Assembly: GCA_050953065.1 (NCBI GenBank)
Contig: JBMNLZ010000002.1
Span: forward strand, 288,001 to 352,000
Source of the DNA: Bacilli bacterium
Lineage (GTDB): Bacteria; Bacillota_I; Bacilli_A; ML615J-28; CAG-698
DNA length: 64,000 nt
Reading direction: 5' to 3'
Shown here: positions 60,658 to 64,000 of the stretch, piece after piece
Position numbering within the stretch: the first letter of the stretch is position 1
Layout: each line of letters starts with the position of its first letter
Notes under the pieces: generated by a model
What the model was told of the DNA's origin: nothing
The model's database searches: none
Seen by the model: only the letters and a program-made list of their open reading frames with translations
Made by a program: the position numbers and the translations under genes

Positions 60658-60808
60658 ATTAAATGTAGAAATCATAGGTGAAAATGCTTTTGATTATAGT
60701 TATACTGAAAATGCCATTTATTGTGTTGCTGAAAGTAGGCCTGAAGGTTGGAGTGATATTTGGAGTGGATCTTCTTGACCAGTAATTTGGGGCTATACTG
60801 GGGAATAG
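60647..60808 (+). pseudogene. 3' fragment of a BspA LRR lipoprotein with an internal TGA
   Basis: IIPLNVEIIGENAF...IYCVAESRPEGWSDIWSGSS*PVIWGYTGE*. Confidence 0.8.
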
Positions 60809-61038
60809 GTTGACTTAATTACTTAAATAAAGGAAAGAGAAAAATGAAAAAAATAGATATTGTATTATTAATAGTAATGTTTATGTTTTTATATGGCTGT
60901 AAGCCAAAAGAAAAACTTATAATTTCTTTTGAAACTAATGGTGGAAGTTCTATAGAAGATGTTGTGATAGATTCTACACTTGATTTTGTTTTGCCGGATG
61001 ATCCAGTTAAAGAGGGATATACTTTTGCTGGGTGGTAT
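60779..61038 (+). repeat. Junction repeat copy C
   Basis: Near-identical to copies A and B, about 35 kb away. Confidence 0.9.
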
Positions 61039-62019
61039 AGTGATATTGATTTAACAATAAAATATGACTTAAATACAATACTAACAAAAGATATAACATT
61101 ATATGCTGACTGGGGTACTTTAGGATTAGAGTATGAACTAATTAATGATGAAACTGAATATAGTGTCAATAAAGGTAATGCTTCAGAGTTAACTAAAATT
61201 CAAATTCCAAATATTAAAGATGGTAAGAAAGTAACACAAATTAAAAATCAAGGATTTTTAGCTTGCATCAATTTAGAAAAAATAAAAATTCCTAAGTCTA
61301 TAAAGGTTATTGAAGCAGAAGCATTTTATGATTGTAATAATTTAACGGAATTAATTATTCCTAAAACTGTTGAAATTGTAGGTGAAGGAATAGTATTTGG
61401 AACTAATAGTTTGTCGGTTATCTATGTTGAAAAATTAACAAGACCAGTAGGTTGGCATTTACTTTGGAATAATACTTTAAAGCCAGTATTTTGGGGATAT
61501 CTAGTAAACGAAGATTCAGAACCAACTTTAAGTATTTCACCAAATTCAGAATATTTAACAATTGGAAAAACTACTAAAATTATTCCAACTATTACTAATA
61601 CAAGAAATGAAGCACTTACTTGGACAAGTAGTAATACTGCGGTTGCAACAGTAGATAACTTAGGGGGTGTAACGGGATTAGACTTTGGAACAACAGTTAT
61701 TACAGCAACTTCAGTTGCTGATACAACGATTAGTGCAACAGTTACAATTCAAGTAACTATGGAGGGATCAGGCTCTTTAACAGTAAAATCATCAAAAACA
61801 GTTCTAGCAATTGATAGTCTTAATGAAAGTTTATCAGTTTTAAATTCAATGGGAACGTCTTTAGATTTAAAAGATTGTACATTTACAAGTAGTAATTCAG
61901 GTGTTATTACTATTTCTAATGAAGGGCATATTCAACCTCATAGTGCAGGTACTGTAGTTATTAATGTTACTCATGAAACATTTGGACTTGGTAATATTAA
62001 ATTGACTGTAGTTGATTAG
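60844..62019 (+). CDS. Mosaic lipoprotein: InlB-B repeat, short BspA LRR, two Big_2 domains
   Basis: First ~140 aa are a patchwork of ORFs 24738 and 26216; WTSSNTAVATV and FTSSNSGVITI Ig motifs. Confidence 0.85.
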   Translation: MKKIDIVLLIVMFMFLYGCKPKEKLIISFETNGGSSIEDVVIDSTLDFVLPDDPVKEGYTFAGWYSDIDLTIKYDLNTILTKDITLYADWGTLGLEYELINDETEYSVNKGNASELTKIQIPNIKDGKKVTQIKNQGFLACINLEKIKIPKSIKVIEAEAFYDCNNLTELIIPKTVEIVGEGIVFGTNSLSVIYVEKLTRPVGWHLLWNNTLKPVFWGYLVNEDSEPTLSISPNSEYLTIGKTTKIIPTITNTRNEALTWTSSNTAVATVDNLGGVTGLDFGTTVITATSVADTTISATVTIQVTMEGSGSLTVKSSKTVLAIDSLNESLSVLNSMGTSLDLKDCTFTSSNSGVITISNEGHIQPHSAGTVVINVTHETFGLGNIKLTVVD

Positions 62020-62100
62020 AAAATAAGGGTCTTTTGAAGAAGATAGTGGTGACCACTAAGAAATTCATAGTTTGCACAAACCACTAACTTCTTCATATAT

Positions 62101-62136
62101 TCAAAAGAAGTCATCAAAAGGGATGGCTTTTTTTGA
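62101..62136 (+). terminator. Intrinsic terminator
   Basis: tcaaaagaagtcatc / gatggctttttttga. Confidence 0.65.
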
Positions 62137-62457
62137 TTGAGAAACTGTTTTGTAAAATTTTAATATATTGATATTTTTAAAAGTAATGACAACATTCATA
62201 ATATTCTAAGTTATTATCAATATAAAAGTATGAATAATTATTGTCCGTTTGCGTTATTAAAGCGAGACAAAAATAATCGTTCAGTATAAATTTTTGTATA
62301 CTCTTTCAATGATAGCAATTCAAGAAAACAATAAGGTAATTGAAATAATAATTTATAATAAAAGTGCTTGTTTTATTAAAATATTAGTGATATTATATTG
62401 TTAAGGGGAATAGAAATGAAAAAAATTCAAAACTATTACCTTTAAACGGGGTATATT

Positions 62458-63669
62458 ATGATAAAAAGAGAGATGTATTTAAGTAAAATAAGACCATTTT
62501 ATAATGATGATATGATTAAAGTAATTACTGGGATAAGAAGATCTGGAAAATCATCTTTGTTAATGCAAATTATGGATGAACTTATTTTAAGTGGTGTTAA
62601 ACAAGAACAAATTATTTATATTGATTTGGATTCTAAACCATACAAAGGATATAAAACTAAAGAAGCATTAGAAAAAGAAATTGATCGATTATACTTAGAT
62701 ACTAAAGCTAAAACATATATTTTTATTGATGAGATTCAAAACATTAAAAATTTTGAAGAAATTATTAATTCATATAGAACTTCTTATAATGCATCCATAT
62801 TCATAACTGGAAGTAATTCATATTTATTAAGTGGTGAATTAGTTACTAAGTTAACTGGAAGGTATATTGAATTTTCAATACTTCCATTTTCATATAAAGA
62901 AGCAATGACCTATATTGCTGAAACAGGCGCCAGTATTGTATTTGATATTCAAAATTATATAAATTATGGCGGGCTACCTAAGCGTTTTTCATATAGTAAT
63001 CCTGATGAAATCTTTAAATATATTGAAAGTGTTAGCACGCAAATTATTGATAAAGACATATTAAAAAGAGTAAAGATAAGAAATAGAAATTTGTTATCAA
63101 GACTCATTGATTATGTATGTAATAATCCAGCAACAACTTTTAGTTCAAAATCAATTGTTGAATATTTAAAAATTGAAAAAATTAACACTAAGATAGCTAC
63201 AATAAATAAGTATTTAGATTTTATTGTTAATTCCAAAATAATTAATCGCTGCAAAAGGTATGATATTAGAGGAAAAAGAACACTAAATTTTGAAGAAAAA
63301 TACTACTTATCAGACTTAGCTTTTAAAACTATAAAAAGTAATACTAATAAGATATCATATTCACATGCTATTGAAAATATCGTATATAATGAACTGATTT
63401 CTAGAGGATTTAAGGTATATGTAGGAAAATTATACAAAAAAGAAATTGATTTTGTTGTTATGAAAGGTGCGAGTATTGCATACATTCAAGTTTCCTACTT
63501 AATGAGTGATGAAAAAACTTTAGAACGAGAATTTGGAAATTTGGAATTAATAAAAGACAACTTCCCTAAATATGTTATTTCAATGGACCCACTTGATATG
63601 TCTAGAAATGGTATTAAACATTTGAAACTAGTAGATGATTTTTTATTAGGGGATACTTATTTAAAGTAA
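62458..63669 (+). CDS. AAA_14 ATPase with DUF4143 (PD-(D/E)XK-like) domain
   Basis: GIRRSGKS, FIDEIQ, TGSNS, ENIVYNEL, EIDFV, YIQV. Confidence 0.9.
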   Translation: MIKREMYLSKIRPFYNDDMIKVITGIRRSGKSSLLMQIMDELILSGVKQEQIIYIDLDSKPYKGYKTKEALEKEIDRLYLDTKAKTYIFIDEIQNIKNFEEIINSYRTSYNASIFITGSNSYLLSGELVTKLTGRYIEFSILPFSYKEAMTYIAETGASIVFDIQNYINYGGLPKRFSYSNPDEIFKYIESVSTQIIDKDILKRVKIRNRNLLSRLIDYVCNNPATTFSSKSIVEYLKIEKINTKIATINKYLDFIVNSKIINRCKRYDIRGKRTLNFEEKYYLSDLAFKTIKSNTNKISYSHAIENIVYNELISRGFKVYVGKLYKKEIDFVVMKGASIAYIQVSYLMSDEKTLEREFGNLELIKDNFPKYVISMDPLDMSRNGIKHLKLVDDFLLGDTYLK

Positions 63670-63943
63670 GTAGTTGTTTATTAAAGTACTAAACTAATAA
63701 TTTTAGTATAAATAAATGCCAAATTAAGAATGACAAAACTGTGGTTGCAGGTGCAGTGAATGTAGAATTGTAAAGAATTAATTATCTTGATTTTTTGATA
63801 TGATTAAACAATAATTTATTTAAAAAAAGAAAAATGAAAAAGATAACTTATCTAATGATTAAGAAAAGTCAAAAAAGACTTTTCTTTTCTTTTATATCAA
63901 ATTAAAGTATGTTAGAATATATAATAGAAGAGGTATTATAAGT

Positions 63944-64000
63944 ATGAAAAGGTTATTGCTTTTCTTAGGTTTTTTTCTTCTTTTATCAGGTTGTGCTAAA
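63944..64000 (+). CDS. Lipoprotein, 3' partial
   Basis: MKRLLLFLGFFLLLSGCAK after GAGG RBS. Confidence 0.65.
   Translation, partial: MKRLLLFLGFFLLLSGCAK

Noticed and set aside
60776-60778. In-frame TGA at a Trp-equivalent position (and TGA 20427), suggesting genetic code 4
   Set aside because: Long core genes contain no internal TGA and several end in TGA (uvrB, coaE, dnaI). A TGG>TGA nonsense change in a relic is simpler.
62458-63669. AAA_14/DUF4143 ATPase as the recombinase or a defence system for the arrays
   Set aside because: Widespread stand-alone family in variable regions; nothing in the sequence links it mechanistically.
1-64000. CRISPR array, rRNA, tRNA, intact transposase
   Set aside because: No regularly spaced short repeats, tRNA cloverleaf, rRNA-like segment or transposase ORF recognised by eye.

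Overview
Very AT-rich bacterial chromosome segment with almost all genes on the + strand. It uses the standard code: TGA is a stop and Trp is TGG. Gene content and protein style suggest a Bacilli/Mollicutes-relative such as Acholeplasmatales or Izemoplasmatales (inference). Housekeeping blocks are serC-serA; MBL hydrolase-uvrB-mnmA-recD2; comEA-comEC-holA/rpsT; pgsA-recA-rny-ymdB; livKHMGF; miaB; polA-mutM-coaE-dnaB-dnaI; and a cobalamin-riboswitch B12 uptake operon. These are interleaved with variable surface-protein loci at 1-5.2, 19.6-27.7 and 57.3-64 kb. The strongest unexplained signal is a dispersed family of BspA-type LRR lipoprotein genes. They are joined by a near-identical ~260-bp junction block (3' PVxWGYTGE* tail + spacer + signal peptide/B-repeat of the next gene) and a second constant block, which bracket divergent LRR cores. 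The family includes a mosaic copy, a collapsed 'empty' copy and truncated relics, consistent with cassette-like shuffling of surface proteins; no dedicated recombinase is in the window. Other notable items: a candidate CU-rich sRNA after serA, a 71-aa helical-repeat protein, a tandem-duplicated PrsA-like lipoprotein and a split transcobalamin-like B12 binder. All alignments were made by eye.
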